Shown here piece after piece: positions 63,066 to 64,000 of a stretch of 64,000 bases of DNA. A program made the translations under genes and the position numbers. Every line of letters starts with the position of its first letter. Within the stretch, counting starts at the first letter, position 1. The notes below the pieces were generated by a model that was not told the DNA's origin, searched no databases, and saw only the letters and a program-made list of their open reading frames with translations. Source of the stretch: Octopus vulgaris (taxonomy: Eukaryota); assembly GCA_951406725.2 (NCBI GenBank), contig OX597821.1:113584001-113648000 (forward strand). Direction: 5' to 3'.

Positions 63066-64000
63066 TAAATTATCAGGAATTATATTTAAAAAATGTTGAA
63101 ATAAATAGAAAAATTATTATTTCTAAATCTCTGAATGAGAAACATAATGTAATAGTCCTTGTTAGGACGAATGTTACTGTTATTTGGCTGCAGGAAACAT
63201 TGTCTCCAGATGGCTATCGACACACTGTCTGCATCCTCATATTTTTGAACAAGGAACTTTAGTGTATCCACTCAGCATGAGATCCTGGGATCAATTCCAC
63301 AGTGGGTTATCTTAGCAAGTATTTATTTTAACCATGGCTTGTGGCTGTTCTAAGCCTTGTGAATGAATACAGAATGGGAAAACTGTTTGGAAGGCTGTTC
63401 CATAGATTATACCAGTAATTCCCACATTGTCATGCTGATTACTTCTAAGAATTACATTAACCATTTCATTACAACATTTCTCTTTGTTTAAAAAGAAAGA
63501 AAAAAACATTATTCAATGGACTCTTCACTTTTTTTGAGATGGCTGTGTGTTATTTGAAGGTGATTTGACTGTTGTGTCTAGTAGGTCAAGTGTCCACATA
63601 AGGGCTCCTCTGTTGGTGGTCCTCCTCCTCCTCCTCCTCATCATCATCATTTATTTACTTAAACCTTTGTTTTAGAACTAAACCTTTTCTCTTAGTTCTG
63701 TCCACAATGGAAGGCTTATGAACAATTTCAAAATACTTCCTCCCCCTCCAGTCCTCTCCTATTCTCTCCTATGATCCTCTTCTTGCACCTTAAGGGCATG
63801 CACTAATGTTTCATTGCCACCATCTTTATCTCCCTTTCCAGCTATTCCCATCCACCCTTATATAATGTTGGGTAGCTCTGTATCTCCTCTACAGCAAGAT
63901 ACCCTTTCCTGTTTCTCTGTCATTCTGTGATCTCTCAACACTTGACATAAAGACACCACCCTTGCTACTACACTCATTTACTCAAAAGGTCTTGTTTTGT

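Overview
AT-rich, microsatellite- and retroposon-dense animal DNA. The repeat repertoire (RTE-tailed and CORE/tRNA SINEs, Penelope, Tc1/mariner, piggyBac MITEs) suggests a coleoid cephalopod such as Octopus; this is inference. The only host gene I can support is mitochondrial ribosomal protein uL13m (MRPL13) on the + strand. Six GT-AG exons (145-268, 3399-3492, 31359-31419, 46659-46745, 51736-51857, 59031-59073) splice in frame to 176 aa plus stop; the start-codon exon lies upstream of the window. Its introns (3.1, 27.9, 15.2, 5.0 and 7.2 kb) are filled with decayed and nested transposons. Most other ORFs in the track are SINE or microsatellite artefacts. Best leads: (1) a multi-copy module with a tRNA-like Pol III head and a minimal hammerhead ribozyme, linked to a Penelope GIY-YIG end, plus hammerhead-like motifs in other repeats; (2) a young-looking 3.3-kb composite block (CT head, 4 x ~510-bp repeats, G4-prone VNTR, CpG-intact RTE-type tail); (3) the uL13 HTGYPGG motif encoded as HTSYPKG by codons that A-to-I editing could restore; (4) an RTE fragment with a twin-priming-like inversion; (5) several long hairpins inside the pre-mRNA. 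All alignments were done by eye, so repeat boundaries are approximate.
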